Assembly: GCF_006345805.1 (NCBI RefSeq)
Contig: NC_042998.1
Location: 197,532,001-197,596,000 of the forward strand
Direction of reading: 5' to 3'
Source: Octopus sinensis
Taxonomy: Eukaryota
DNA: 64,000 bases
The notes under the pieces were generated by a model. It saw nothing but the letters and a program-made list of their open reading frames with translations, did not search any database and was not told the origin of the DNA. Both the position numbers and the translations under genes were made by a program. This document shows, piece after piece, positions 1-13,800 of the stretch (positions are counted from its first letter, which is position 1; each line of letters starts with the position of its first letter).

Positions 1-320
1 GGCAAGTGTCTTCTACTATAGCCTCGGGCCGACCGAAGCCTTGTGAGTGGATTTGGTAGATGGAAACTGAAAGAAGCCCGTCGTATATATGTATATATAT
101 ATATGTATATGTGTGTATATGTTTGTGTATCTGTGTTTGTCCCCCCAACATTGCTTGACAACCAATGCTGGTGTGCTTATGTTCCCGTGACTTAGCGGTT
201 CGGCAAAAGAGGCCAATGAATAAGTACTAGGGGTCGATTTGATCGACTAAAGGCGGTACTCCAGCATGGCCACATTCAGATGACTGAAACATTTGAGTAA
301 AAGAGTAGAGTAAAAGAGTA
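1..320 (+). mobile_element. CORE-type tRNA SINE (octopus OR-like), cut by the window start
   Basis: GGCAAGTGTCTTCTACTATAGCC core, internal (TA)n(TG)n, (GAGTAAAA)n tail. Confidence 0.85.
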
Positions 321-524
321 TAGTGTGGTAAGATAAAAAGTGTCAGCTTCCTAGAGAGAAATCTTCTCCTAGATCTCAACTAAATGATTTGATAAGGGTC
401 ATATATTTTGACTTCGGTAAAGCTTTTGACAGAGCCAAACACAGTATTCTGCTGAAAAAAAGCTTTCTGGTATTGGAGTCCACGGAAATCTATTGCAAGG
501 ATTAAGTGCTTTTTGATAAATGGA

Positions 525-850
525 ACCCAACACCATCTGAACATGGCTGATGCCAGCGCCGCCTAGACTTGCTTTTGTGCCGGTGGCACGTAAAAAGCAC
601 CAACCGATCGTGGCCGCTGCCAGCCTTCACAGGCACCTGTGCCGGTGGCATATAAAAAGCACCCACTACGCTCACGGAATGGTTGGTGTTAGGAAGGGCA
701 TCCAGCTGTAGAAACACTGCCAGATCAGACTGGAGCCTGGTGCAGCCTCCTGGCTTCTCAGACCCTGGTCGAACCGTCCAACCCGTGCCAGCATGGAAAA
801 TGGACGTTAAACGATGATGATGATAATGATGAGGATGATGATGATGAACA
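525..850 (+). mobile_element. RTE 3'-UTR-derived repeat with (GAT)n tail
   Basis: Matches the UTR of 44490-45670. Confidence 0.85.
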
Positions 851-1019
851 TGTCATGATCGATAAAGTATCATTAGTTGTGTCCCTCAGTTTACTGTGTT
901 GGGCCGATTTCTCTTTATTGTTTACATAAAGGACATTGCACACATCATACGTAGTCAAACAAAAATCTTTTCAGATGAATCTAGCACCAAAGAGTCATTA
1001 ATGGAGTATATGACTGAAC

Positions 1020-1410
1020 GGGGAGGCGCAATGGCCCAGTGGTTAGGGCAGTGGACTCGTGGTCATAGGATCGCAATTTCGATTCCCAGAGCGGGTGTTG
1101 TGAGTGTTTATTGAGCGAAAACACCTAAAGCTCGATGAGGCTCCGGCAGGAGATGGTGGTGAACCCTGCTGTACTCTTTCACCACAACTTTCTCTCACTC
1201 TTACTTCCTGTTTCTGTTGTACCTGTATTTCAAAGGGCCGGCCTTGTCACTCTCTGTGTCACGCTGAATATCCCCGAGAACTGCGTTAAGGGTACACGTG
1301 TCTGTGGAGTGCTCAGCCACTTACACATTAATTTCACGAGCAGGCTGTTCCGTTGATTCGGATCAACCGGAACCCTCGTCGTCGTAACTGACGGAGTGCT
1401 TCCAAAAAAA
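1020..1410 (+). mobile_element. tRNA-derived SINE, family A, full length
   Basis: Head GGAGGCGCAATGGCCCAGTGGTTAGGG...TTCGATTCCC (A and B boxes); 12-bp TSD ATATGACTGAAC at 1008-1019 and 1411-1422. Confidence 0.9.
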
Positions 1411-2164
1411 ATATGACTGAACAGAATTCTAATCTGATCTGTGTGATGTGATTCAAGGAGGGAATAAAAAAAAAACAAACATAAAAATCCATGTTGATAA
1501 ATGAGGGAAAATTTGAGCTCGTTTACTTTGAAAAATAAATGTATATAAATAGTTATATTCTCTTCCTTCAAATAATGTCAGACTTTGTTGTAACTGAGGA
1601 TAACAGCCCTTGCTGGAGTGTCCAACACCGATAAAGTTGATATGGCCTGCAGAATGTGCTCATGGATTTTGAGAATTTTCCAGTCTAGAGTTCCCAGTAT
1701 CATCATCCTTCTCTTTACTTTTGCGAGGTTTCATCTTCAACACCGTGTAGTTTCTATACAAAAAAAAAAAGATTATGAAAATTGAAACACCATAGAGCAA
1801 TTAGTAAAAAAAAGGTAAAGCCTTGATTATTGGGATTACATCAAAACGTTCAAAGTCCATACTCTTCAATATGGAAAATATTTCATTAACACAGTCTAAA
1901 AGATGTCAGCATCATGTCCACAAGTCATCCAAGACTAGGCCTATGTACTACAGACCTTCAACAAAAATGGAGCTCACATGATATAATTTTGTTACAGCAA
2001 TTTTTTTTTTATCAAATACCAGCAGAATTGATACTGGTGCCTTTTCTACAGATTAAACAGGGTCAACAACCTGAAGGGATTTCTGGTTTGCCTGCCTTCC
2101 TACTTATTAGGACTTTGGTTTATGCTAGGTACACTCTAAGGCCCTTCGATTCTTATCCTTGTTT

Positions 2165-2611
2165 CCACACCTGAAACTTCTCCTCTAGTTCTGATAGTGA
2201 CTCAGCAATTAGAGCAAAGTCGTCAGCATAGAGGAGCTCTCAGGAGCATCCTGTCTTGAATTCCTCTGTTATTGCCTGGAGGACTATGATTAATAGGAGG
2301 GGGCTGAGGACTGAACCTTGGTGGACCCCTACCTCTACCCGAAATTCTTCACTGTACTTGTTGCCATCCCTCACCTTACTTACAGCATGCCTGTACATGG
2401 CTTGCACAGCTCTCACTAACCATTCATCTATCCCTAGTTTCCTCATTGACCACCAGGTAAGGGATCGGGGGACCCTGTCGAAGGCTTTCTCCATGTCAAC
2501 AAAAGCCAGGTACAGTGGTTTATCTTTGGCTTGATATTTCTCCTGCAGCTGTCTTACCAGAAATATAGCATCAGTGGTGCTTTTCCCTGACACGAACCCA
2601 AACTTCATCAA
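2165..2611 (-). mobile_element. RTE-clade LINE RT fragment
   Basis: FGFVSGKSTTDAIFLVRQLQEKY...AFVDMEKAFDRVPR...GVHQGSVLSPLL, then frameshifted LLYADD. Confidence 0.9.
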
Positions 2612-3143
2612 GAACTATATGTGGGTCAAACTGGAAATGCATTATCAGAATGTTCATGTGTGCACCAACAGCAAATTAGAGACCCAGATGTCAGTCAGAT
2701 ACCTTTGAGTAACCATGTAGCAACATGTGGCTGGAAAATATTTATATTTCCATTCCACAAACTACACAGTCCATGTGAAATGGTGAGTAAAATCAGAGAA
2801 AAGAACTTTATTGATAAACTAGCCGTATCGCCCGGTGTTGCTCGGGTTTGTAAGGGAAATAACTATATAAGCATTTTTAGAGAGTTACTTCCTTTATATA
2901 ATAGCAAAAAAAATGCATTAAAAATGGGAAAAAATGATGGGTTTTTTTTAAAAATCGTACACTCATCATAGATGCGCGCTAATACCCAGAAGGGCTCGAT
3001 ATGAATCACGACTATAAGATACGCGGTTTTGGTTAAACTGCACCTCAAAATGTGGGAGTAGTTAGGAATCTAAATCGTAGGAGACAGACACACAACTTGA
3101 CTTTTATATATAAAGATTGCAGCTGAAGCTAAATAAACAATAA
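2608..3143 (+). mobile_element. Penelope-like element GIY-YIG endonuclease C-terminal fragment interrupted by a Helitron
   Basis: ELYVGQTGNALSECSCVHQQQIR...IPLSNHVATC...IFPFHKL...REKNFIDK; removing 2819-3116 restores ...FIDKLQLKLNKQ*. Confidence 0.7.
2819..3116 (-). mobile_element. Non-autonomous Helitron
   Basis: On the minus strand A|TCTTTATATA...CCCGAGCAACACCGGG..CTAG|T; no TSD; near-identical to 56961-57354. Confidence 0.8.
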
Positions 3144-3317
3144 TAATAATACTTAGAGGTACTATTTCTACTGCTACGACCATTGTCACTAACAACAACA
3201 ACCATACAAAAAGGTTCTCATGATGACGATAGCAGGAAAATACTGGCTAAGTCATGAGAAAAGTCAGTAAAAATAATCTTATTTTGGGTTTAATTCTGTT
3301 ACCACAGCTACCCTTTT

Positions 3318-3728
3318 TTACTTACTTGTTTCAGTCATTTGACTGCGGCCATGCTGGAGCACCGCCTTTAGTCGAGCAAATCGACCCCGGGACTTATTCT
3401 TTGTAAGCCCAGTACTTATTCTATCGGTCTCTTTTGCCGAACCGCTAAGTGACGGGGACGTAAACACACCAGCATCGGTTGTCAAGCAATGCTAGGGGGA
3501 CAAACACAGACACACAAACACACACACACACACACACTTATATATATATATATATACATATATACGACAGGCTTCTTTCAGTTTCCGTCTACCAAATCCA
3601 CTCACAAGGCATTGGTCGGCCCGGGGTTATAGCAGAAGACACTTGCCCAAGATGCCACGCAGTGGAACTGAACCCGGAACCATGTGGTTGGTAAGCAAGC
3701 TACTTATCACACAGCCACTCCTGCGCCT
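3318..3728 (-). mobile_element. CORE-type SINE, full length
   Basis: Matches the family; head GGCGCAGGAGTGGCTGTGTGATAAG...GGTTCAGTTCC. Confidence 0.9.
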
Positions 3729-3834
3729 ACCACCACAACCACGATCATCAATGGCAACAATAATAAAGGTGATGAAAATGATGATGATGATAATAATTGA
3801 AATGTAAAAATCCTTGGGAAGTGTTGTTTACAAC

Positions 3835-4080
3835 ATCGTGTCGGTGACACGTAAAAGAACCAACCGATCGTGGCCGTTTGCCAGACCCCTCTGACCCCTG
3901 TGCCGGTGGCACGTAAAAAGCACCCACTACACTCACGGAGTGGTTGGCTTTAGGAAGGGCATCCAGCTGTAGAAACACTGCCAGATCAGACTGGAGCCTG
4001 GTGAAGCCTCCTGGCTTCCCAGACCCCGGTCGAACCGTCCAACGGAAAACAGATGTTAAACGATGATGATGATGATGATC
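3835..4080 (+). mobile_element. RTE 3'-UTR-derived repeat
   Basis: Family match. Confidence 0.85.
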
Positions 4081-4229
4081 ATCATCATCATCGCTTAACG
4101 TCTGCCTTCCATGCTGGCATGGGTGGGACATATATGTTACGCATATATATATGTATCTAACAAAAAAGAAAGAACAACTCCAACATCAACACTAGCACCA
4201 CCTATACCATTGCTACATATGTCAGTTGA

Positions 4230-5048
4230 TGCCATCTCTGGCAAGGGCTTTTAAATAAAACCTAGAAGGAGTTCCAGACACCCAGCTGAATACTTGACAG
4301 ACACTGACTTTGCTGACGACATCGCTCTTATCGGTGATTCTCTCTCCAATGCCCAGTCTCTTTTACAATCTCTTGAACAAGCCTCAAATTGTGTAGATCT
4401 TTACCTCAATGAGGCCAGCCTGTCCAACAGTGATTGCATCATCCATACTCTCAACAATGCACCCTTAAATATGGTTTCTGATTACAAATATCTTGGGTCA
4501 TACATATCATCATCTGGAAAAGATTTTCTAACTAGAAAGGGTATGTCCTGGTCAGCCTGTAATGACATGCATAAGATCTGGTCATCAAATCTAAGTAGAG
4601 ACTTCAAACTTGAAATCTTCAAAGCCACAGTCGAACCAATTCTACTATATGGCTCAGAAACCTGGACGTTATCAAAGAAGCTTGAGAGGCGGTTGGATGG
4701 AACCTACACTCGCCTCCTTATGAGAGCTCAAAATCTCTCGTTGAAGTGCCATCAACCAAAATGCAAATATATGGGAAACTACCACCTGTGTCATCTCTTG
4801 TGAAAGGTAGGAGAGTCCAGTTTGCTGGACATTGTTGTAGAGCTGAAAAAGAAGTAATTTCTACTCTTCTCCTCTGGAAGCCATCTACTCGCAATACCAG
4901 AGGGCGCACACTCTCCTAGCCTGATGTAATCTCCTGGGATACAGGCATCCAGCAACAGGACCTCCGTAATGCCATGATGGACCGTGAAGTCTGGCGTAGC
5001 ATGGTAAATTCCATTGTCTCAACCACGGTCGAACAATGATGATGATGA
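4230..5048 (+). mobile_element. RTE-type LINE, RT C-terminal part and 3' end
   Basis: DTDFADDIAL...YKYLGS...VEPILLYGSETWT, then VQFAGHC.R and a (GAT)n tail; frameshifted. Confidence 0.85.
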
Positions 5049-5074
5049 TTGCAAACATATATTTATCAACTTAC

Positions 5075-5149
5075 TGGAGGAATGTATCTTTTTATTTCTC
5101 GATAAATCTCATCGTTCACCATTTCAAATGTTTTATTCTCAGTATCCAA
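5075..5149 (-). CDS. Exon J (75 nt, phase 0 to 0): [25 protein letters not shown]
   Basis: Acceptor ttctcccttccag|, donor CCA|gtaagt; AK terminal strand/helix. Confidence 0.9.
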
Positions 5150-5394
5150 CTGGAAGGGAGAACATTGTAGAAAAAAAAAAAATTTAATTATTGTCTTGGG
5201 ATTCTGATATACATGGATACAAGGATAAATGAAAACCAAAAGGCAATATCTATACCCAACTATACAGTCATGTTCGTTCACTTATTTGTACAGATTTCTA
5301 AGCTGCTGCATTTTGGGAGGGTCAGTTTGCCAATAAGAAATGCATGCACTAGTTCTATTTCATTTCTTTATTATTATTATTATTATTATTATTA

Positions 5395-5437
<43 letters not shown>

Positions 5438-5441
5438 ATCA

Positions 5442-5478
<37 letters not shown>

Positions 5479-6986
5479 CATTAATATTATTATTATCATT
5501 GAGTGAGAGAGCAGTTCATGCCATCAAAGTGACACTGGGCTAAAATATACGAAGCCCAATATACCCATCATGACTACCTGTCTGATAAAGGTACACCAGG
5601 CACATGCATCACAACCATATGTGCACGACATGGTGATCTCATATCAAGACAAACAGCACATGACCTTGCAGGTGGGGCCCAGTTAGAATTTTCTTCTGGT
5701 TGAGTAGCCCATCCCACTCAAAAGGTCTCTGAATAAGGTTTGTTTAAGGATGATGAATGAAACACCCATGTTTCCAGAGGTGAATTATTCAAATCCCAAA
5801 GAATTCCTCTCAACTAATGGCTACAATGCTCACCCCGACTACTTCTGCTCGTGATCAGAGATGCACATATCATCAGCCACATTTTTTGGCCATCTTGGAA
5901 ACATCTGAACCACTCGCACACTTGTGTGTGGCTCATACACTCCTCTCCATACACTTTCTGCAACCTTATGTAGGCCTCTGAGCAGGTATTGCCATGATAA
6001 CTTTCTCTGTCATGGTCAATGCAATGATCACACACTACACAACTTCCTTCCAAGCACTGCTGTAAACAGCAGAAGTGAGCGAGATCGTTAAAACTTAGCA
6101 TGCATGCACAGCAGAGTTCAAGGTCAATCTGTGCCAAACAGCTTTACACTGTGTGCTTTAGCTTCGTTACTATAGCAACAGTCCGGATACTTATTGATCA
6201 GATCCTGTATTTGTACTCATTTATATGCATTTATGTTGCTTTATATAAATTTATTGCTGTTTAATATATATAAAGTTTATTGATTCATGCCGGTGGCACA
6301 TAAAAAGCACCATCCGAACATGGCTGATTCCAGCGCTGCTTCGACTGGCTTCTGTGCTGGTGGCACGTAAAAAGCACCATCCAAGCGTGACTGATGCCAG
6401 CACCGCCTTGACTGGTTTCCGTGCCGGTGGCACGTTAAAAGCACCAACTGATCGTGGCCGCTGCCAGACTACCCTGGCACCTGTGCCAGTGGCACGTAAA
6501 AAGCACCCACTACACTCGCGGTGTGGTTGGCGTTAGGAAGGGCATCCAGCTGTAGAAACACTGCCAGATCAGACTGGAGCCTGGTGCAGCCTCCTGGTTT
6601 CCCAGACCCCGGTCGAACCGTCCAACCCATGCTAGTGCAGAAAACGGACGTTAAACGATGATGATGATGATTAGTATAGTTTAATATACATTTCTAACAT
6701 TTCATTTACATAAGGAGGTGCGCTGGCAGAATCGTTAGCATGCCAGGTAAAATACCTAGTGGCATTCTGTCCATACTCTCTTTACTCTTTTACTTGTTTC
6801 AGTCATTTGACTGCGGATATGCTGGAGCACCGCCTTTAGTCGAGCAAATCGACCCCGGGACTTATTCTTTGTAAGCCCAGTACTTATTCTATTGGTCTCA
6901 TTTTGCCGAACTGCTAAGTTACGGGGACGTAAACACACCAGCATCGGTTGTCAAGCAATGCTAAGGGGACAAACACAGACACACAA

Positions 6987-7047
<61 letters not shown>

Positions 7048-10000
7048 TACGACCGGCTTCTTTCAGTTTCCGTCTACCAAATCCACTCACAAGGCATTGG
7101 TCGGCCCGGGGCTATAGCAGAAGACACTTGCCCAAGATGCCGCGCAGTGGGACTGAACCTGGAACCATGTGGTTGGTTAGCAAGCTACTTACCACACAGC
7201 CACTCCTGTGCCATCTTTACATTCTGAGTTCAAATTCTGCTGGGGTTGACTTTGCCTTTCATTTTTTCCAGTGTCAATAAATAAGTACCAGTTGTGCACT
7301 GGGGGTTGATGTAATTGACTTATTCCTCCCCAGAATTGCTGGCCTTGTGCCAAAAGTTGAAATCAGTATTTGATTTACACATTTACTATTCGTTTTTATT
7401 GTTGAAGTTCATTTGTAATGTTTTGTACATGTGCTCAGGAGTGGCTGTGTGGTAAGTAGCTTGCCTACCAACCACATGGTTCCGGGTTCAGTCCCACTGC
7501 GTGGCACCTTGGGCAAGTGTCTTCTACTATAGCCTCGGGCCGACCAAAGCCTTGTGAGTGGATTTGGTAGACGGAAACTGAAAGAAGCCCGTCGTATATA
7601 TGTATATATGTGTATATATATGTGTGCGTGTTTGTGTGTCTGTGTTTGACAACCGATGCTGGTGTGTTTATGTCCCCGTCACTTAGCGGTTCGGCAAAAA
7701 GAGACCGAGAGAATAAGTACTGGGCTCACAAAGAATAAGTCCCGGGGTTGATTTGCTCGACTAAAGGCGGTGCTCCAGCATGGCCTTAGTCAAATGACTG
7801 AAACAATTAAAAGAGTAAAAGAGTAAAAGAGTGTCTCTACCTTAGAAATATTTTTAAAAAAATGATGGAACTTGAAGACAGAGCAATGAGAACAAAAATA
7901 AGGGCCCTACCACGACTAGCCTGGACATATCGTCATAATAATTAATGACAGGTAAGGTGTGTTTCTTAAAACAAGTGATCTCATTAGTCACAGCTAATAG
8001 ATTGTTCACTGAATATGAAGCCTTCGCATTTCGCTCCAGTAGAACACTTATAGCTTCCTTTTCAGGGCATCTTAAGTAGATCATTGTTGTAGGTAAACCA
8101 ATCTGAAATATAAAGTCAACATAAAGAGCTCATTGAAGAACTGGGTAACACATAAAATTATCAACCATCTCACAAACAATAACTCTGAGTACCTTTTCAA
8201 ACTCCACCTGTCTAACACCCGTGGACATATTTACAAAGTCAGAAAACAGCACAGCTCCTTCCATGACTTTCAGAAACATTTTTTCATGCTAAGAGTTGCT
8301 GAAGCATGGAACAAACTGCTGGCATCAGTTGTTAGTTGTCAGAGCACTGCATCCTTCAAAACTTCCATGCTTCCTGAGATTCGCCAACACTACACCTGAT
8401 TTTCTCCCCTCCATACACACGCTGAAGCATGGAACAAACTGCTGGCATCAGTTGTTAGTTGTCGGAGCACTGCATCCTTCAAAACTTCCATGCTTCCTGA
8501 GATTCGCCAACACTACACCTGATTTTCTCCCCTCCATACACACGCAAGCATGTATCTGACTCATACACTGTTCGCTTTCCAGACATTTCTACATTACTGC
8601 ATATGCTTTATACTCACTTTTTGACAAGTTGTGGTGCACCTGAGCACTGTATACAATAATTTCGTTATTATTATTATTATTATTATACAACTTCTTCCTC
8701 CCCAACTGTTTTACCCTTGTATCAATATGTCCCTACCATTTAGCCTTATGTCAATATATAAGGCTCCAGTTAGAACAGGTTCAGCATATTGTTGGGGCTC
8801 TTTATATAGGGTTAATGTATTGTACATGTGAACAGTATATGGGGACCTTTGAAATGGACCACATATTGTACACCATTAGTGAATAGACAGTATACCTATA
8901 AAATATAAAGATTAACATATTGCACATACTGTAATCTCTCTCTATATAAAGCTGAAGTTGTCTGTGTGTGTGTGGCAGGTTTGGTAGCCTTCAACTAACA
9001 CTATCTCCTCCGAGACCCTGCTGTGCAAGTTGACCAAAATTGAAAGTATGATAGAAGAAGGCTTGCTCTTCCTTCCATAGAACAAAAAATTCAAATTGGA
9101 CCATGTTAACACAAAAATTCTTTACATCAAAAAGGTGCTTTTTTTCTATGAAAATCCCTATTTTTTACGATTTTTTGTCGCCATTTTTTGGAGTATTTCA
9201 AACCAGAAAAATGTTCACTTAAAGAGAATAATAAGCTTCATAATACAAAAGTTTTACTTTTCAAAAATTCCAATTCTAAAGGGTCGAAACAAACCCGAGC
9301 AACACCGGGCGATACTGCTAATATTGATTTAAACTTACATTTTAACAATAAGGTAATATTGAGGGTGCTTTCTAGAACTGTACTGATACAGTTTAAAGTC
9401 TATAGGATTCAGTAAACAGACAGTAAATCCATTCACATTGCATTAATATAATGTGTACCCTTCAGAAATGACACAACACCCAATACATTTGCAAGAGTAG
9501 CAATAACAAACTTCATGCAATTCATCTCTTTGGAAATTGCTTGCTGCTGTTGCTGTTGAGCGAACGGTCTTCGTCCCAGAGCTTACAAGATAGGAAAAGT
9601 CCGAAACATGGTCCTTTGCTATTTGTAAGACCCGCAGAAGAGAAAGCAGGTCAACCCCGACACCGAGAGCATCAACGGATGGAAGAATGCGCATCCAGGC
9701 TCAGCAGTTGCGTAGGAAGTCGGGGACAAGAAACAGGAAGAAAGAGTGAGAGAAAGTTGGAGCGAAAGAGTACAACAGGGGTCGCCACCACCCCCTGCCG
9801 GAGCTTCGTGGAGCTTTAGGTGTTTTCGCTCAATAAACACACACAACGCCCGGTCTGGGAATTGAAACCGCGATCCTCCTACCGCGAGTCCGCTGTCTTA
9901 ACCACTGGGCCATTGCGCCTCCACTGCTGCTGATGGCATGTTTAATATGTGCATTCTTTTGAAAATCGTTTACCTTTGTATTCAATCTCTACATGCCTTT

Positions 10001-10860
10001 GAAAAATACTTGCTGTGAGTACCATGTTCCTGACTGTAGTGATCATCTCTTTGTTTCTATCATGGTAGAATTAGGATCTTTTCGGATTGACCGGCAGTTT
10101 TTAACATAATTTCCATGTAACTAAACACTTTTAAACTTCGTATACTGGTAGAATGTGTTTATAAAACATCTTTTTCTCTTGGCTTTATTGAGAAAATTCT
10201 TTAGTTTGTAAGATATTTGTAGTTTTTTTCTTCAATTTCTGCAATTTCAACCAATCAATGACGTCTATTGAGGTAAAAAAACATTCTGTGCTGTATGAAT
10301 ATGTCCCTCGTTTAAGAAACAGATTAGGTTTATTTACATTTCTGAAGAAAAAAAGATACCCTTCTCCCACCCCTAACCCTAACCCTAAATCTAAAATAGA
10401 TTGAAATGCAATAGATCGATACTAGGGTCATAATTATGGGTGACAATTTCATATGACACCGCTAGAAACAACTGCCGTTCAAACCGAAAAGATCCTAGAA
10501 TTATTGTAATTATTCGAATCGTAGCCGATGCCAGCGCCGCCTTGACTGGCTTCCGTGCTGCTGGCACGTAAAAAGCACCATCCGAATCGTGGCCGAAGCC
10601 AGTGCCGCCTCGACTGGCTTCCGTGCCGGTGGCACGTAAAATGCACCAATCCGACCATGGCCGTTGCCAGCCTCGCCTGGCACCTATGCGGGTGGCACGT
10701 AAAAAGCACCCTCTACACTCATGGAGTGGTTGGCGTTAGGAAGGGCATCCAGATTTACAAACACTGCCAGATCAGACTGGAGCCTGGTGCAGCCGTCTGG
10801 CTTCCCAGATCTCCGGTCAAATCGTCCAACCCATGCCAGCATGGAGAACGGACGTTAAAC

Positions 10861-10897
<37 letters not shown>

Positions 10898-13800
10898 CAC
10901 CAAAAATAAACTGACTTAACGAAGAAACTATTCCGTATGTAAGTTAATTAGAATGTGTTTATGAAAGAAAGATTGGATTCTCCACAGTTATGCCATTCGC
11001 AGCTATGTTATAGCCACAACTGCAGATTCAGTAGCTATAATTATAACATGTTTCGTGTCTTTCAACAAATTATCATGTTGTTAAAACTCGTTTAACACTG
11101 TTGACAACTTCTGGAATATGAAATCCCTTTTTTGAGTGGGTAATTAATTTTTGACAGTGTTCATAGTAAAGAGAGAAATCATTGCTGTTCATTGTCTTTG
11201 AAACTGTTGACTACAATGGTTTCCTTGTTGCTTAACATTACCCTGGATACTGTTGTTTCTTTCATACAAGTACTTGTTGCACAGTTGTGACACTTGAAGC
11301 TTTGGTTAGATGCACCAACTTTATAACCTCAGCCATTACAGCTTCCTCGTCCATCTACTCTTCTGTTTCTGTGCAGATCATAAACCCCTTATTTGTTCTA
11401 AAAGGAAAACAAGGGATCTTTCACATGGAGTATATCTATTTCATCGGATAGGTAACTGTTGCTGTTGTTTAGCCTCACGTTAGTCCTATCAGGTATACCT
11501 GTAATTAACGTGGTGGCGCAATGGCCCAGTGGTTAGGGCAGCAGACTCGCGGTCATAGGATCGTGGTTTTGATTCCCAGACCGGGCGTTGTGAGTGTTTA
11601 TTGAGCGAAACCACCTAAAGCTCCACGAGGCTCCAGCAGGGGATGGTGGTGATCCCTGCTGTACTCTTTCACCACAACTTTCTCTCACTCTTACTTCCTG
11701 TTTCTGTTGTACCTGTATTTCAAAGGGCCGGCCTTGTCACTCTCTGTGTCACGCTGAATATCCCCGAGAACTACGTTAAGGGTACACGTGTCTGTGGAGT
11801 GCTCAGCCACTTACACGTTAATTTCACGAGCAGGCTGTTCCGTTGATTGGATCAACCGGAACCCTCATCGTCGTAACCGACGGAGTGCTTCCACCACCTG
11901 TAATTAAAGACATTCCAGTCATGACTTCCCTGACTTTCTAAGACTATGTAGAACGATACTATATTATGAGTATGGTCTTTCTATAAGATAAAAAGGTGTG
12001 ATGAGGGAGATTAGGCAACTATTTCTAGGGGGTTCAATCACCCCGTAGAGGCTAAATTGATGGTTTGTTGTCGTGTAGCCAGTGTATATGCATGGTTTGT
12101 ATGATGTTGATGAGGATGGTAGTAGTAATGATGATGTGGACAATGATGATGAAGAGGATGATAATGGTAGTGATGATGATGATGAGGATGGTAGTAGTAA
12201 TGATGATGTGGACAATGATGATGAAGAGGATGATAATGGTAGTGATGATGATGATGAGGATGGTAGTAGTAATGATGATGTGGACAATGATGATGAAGAG
12301 GATGATAATGGTAGTGATGATGATGATGAGGATGGTAGTAGTAATGATGATGTGGACAATGATGATGAAGAGGATGATAATGGTAGTGATGATGATGATG
12401 AGGATGGTAGTAGTAATGATGATGTGGACAATGATGATGAAGAGGATGATAATGGTAGTGATGATGATGATGAGGATGGTAGTAGTAATGATGATGTGGA
12501 CAATGATGATGAAGAGGATGATAATGGTAGTGGATGATGATGAGGATGGTAGTAGTAATGATGATGTGGACAATGATGATGAAGAGGATGATAATGGTAG
12601 TGATGATGATGATGAGGATGGTAGTAGTAATGATGATGTGGACAATGATGATGAAGAGGATGATAATGGTAGTGATGATGATGATGAGGATGGTAGTAGT
12701 AATGATGATGTGGACAATGATGATGAAGAGGATGATAATGGTAGTGATGATGATGATGAGGATGGTAGTAGTAATGATGATGTGGACAATGATGATGAAG
12801 AGGATGATAATGGTAGTGATGATGATGATGAGGATGGTAGTAGTAATGATGATGTGGACAATGATGATGAAGAGGATGATAATGGTAGTGATGATGATGA
12901 TGAGGATGGTAGTAGTAATGATGATGTTGACAATGATGATGAAGGGGATGATAATGGTAGTGATGATGATGATGAGGATGGTAGTAGTAATGATGATGTT
13001 GACAATGATGATGAAGAGGATGATAATGGTAGTGATGATGATGATGAGGATGGTAGTAGTAATGATGATGTGGACAATGATGATGAAGGGGATGATAATG
13101 GTAGTGATGATGATGATGAGGATGGTAGTAGTAATGATGATGTTGACAATGATGATGAAGGGGATGATAATGGTAGTGATGATGATGATGAGGATGGTAG
13201 TAGTAATGATGATGTGACAATGATGATGAAGGGGATGATATGGTAGTGATGATGATGATGGGATGGTAGTAGTATGATGATGTGGACAATGATGATGAAG
13301 AGGATGATAATGGTAGTGATGATGATGATGAGGATGGTAGTAGTAATGATGATGTGGACAATGATGATGAAGAGGATGATAATGTAGTGATGATGATGAT
13401 GAGGATGGTAGTAGTAATGATGATGTGGACAATGATGATGAAGGGGATGATAATGGTAGTGATGATGATGATGAGGATGGTAGTAGTAATGATGATGTTG
13501 ACAATGATGATGAAGAGGATGATAATGGTAGTGATGATGATGATGAGGATGGTAGTAGTAATGATGATGTGGACAATGATGATGAAGGGGATGATAATGG
13601 TAGTGATGATGATGATGAGGATGGTAGTAGTAATGACGATGTGGACAATGATGATGAAGAGGATGATAATGGTAGTGATGATGATGATGAGGATGGTAGT
13701 AGTAATGACGATGTGGACAATGATGATGAAGAGGATGATAATGGTAGTGATGATGATGATGAGGATGGTAGTAGTAATGACGATGTGGACAATGATGATG

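Larger units (their letters stand above)
385..1930 (+). mobile_element. Old CR1/L2-type LINE RT remnant split by two younger insertions (525-850 and 1020-1410)
   Basis: Collinear decayed motifs: VIYFDFGKAFD (~405), VPQFTVLG.FLFIVYIKDI...FSDE (~875-980), ACRMCSWILRIF (~1645), LDYWDYIK (~1820). Confidence 0.6.

Noticed and set aside
1020-1095. tRNA genes at the heads of SINE families
   Set aside because: The A and B boxes are present, but each head is fused to a SINE body with TSDs and lacks a complete cloverleaf.
3205-3260. ATGATGA...GGAAA downstream of the Penelope fragment as a possible hammerhead
   Set aside because: The core and stems are not formable; too degenerate to support.
11190-11360. 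Minus-strand RGS..FKCHNC suggesting a gag zinc knuckle
   Set aside because: The CCHC motif is incomplete, there are in-frame stops, and no other LTR-element evidence is nearby.
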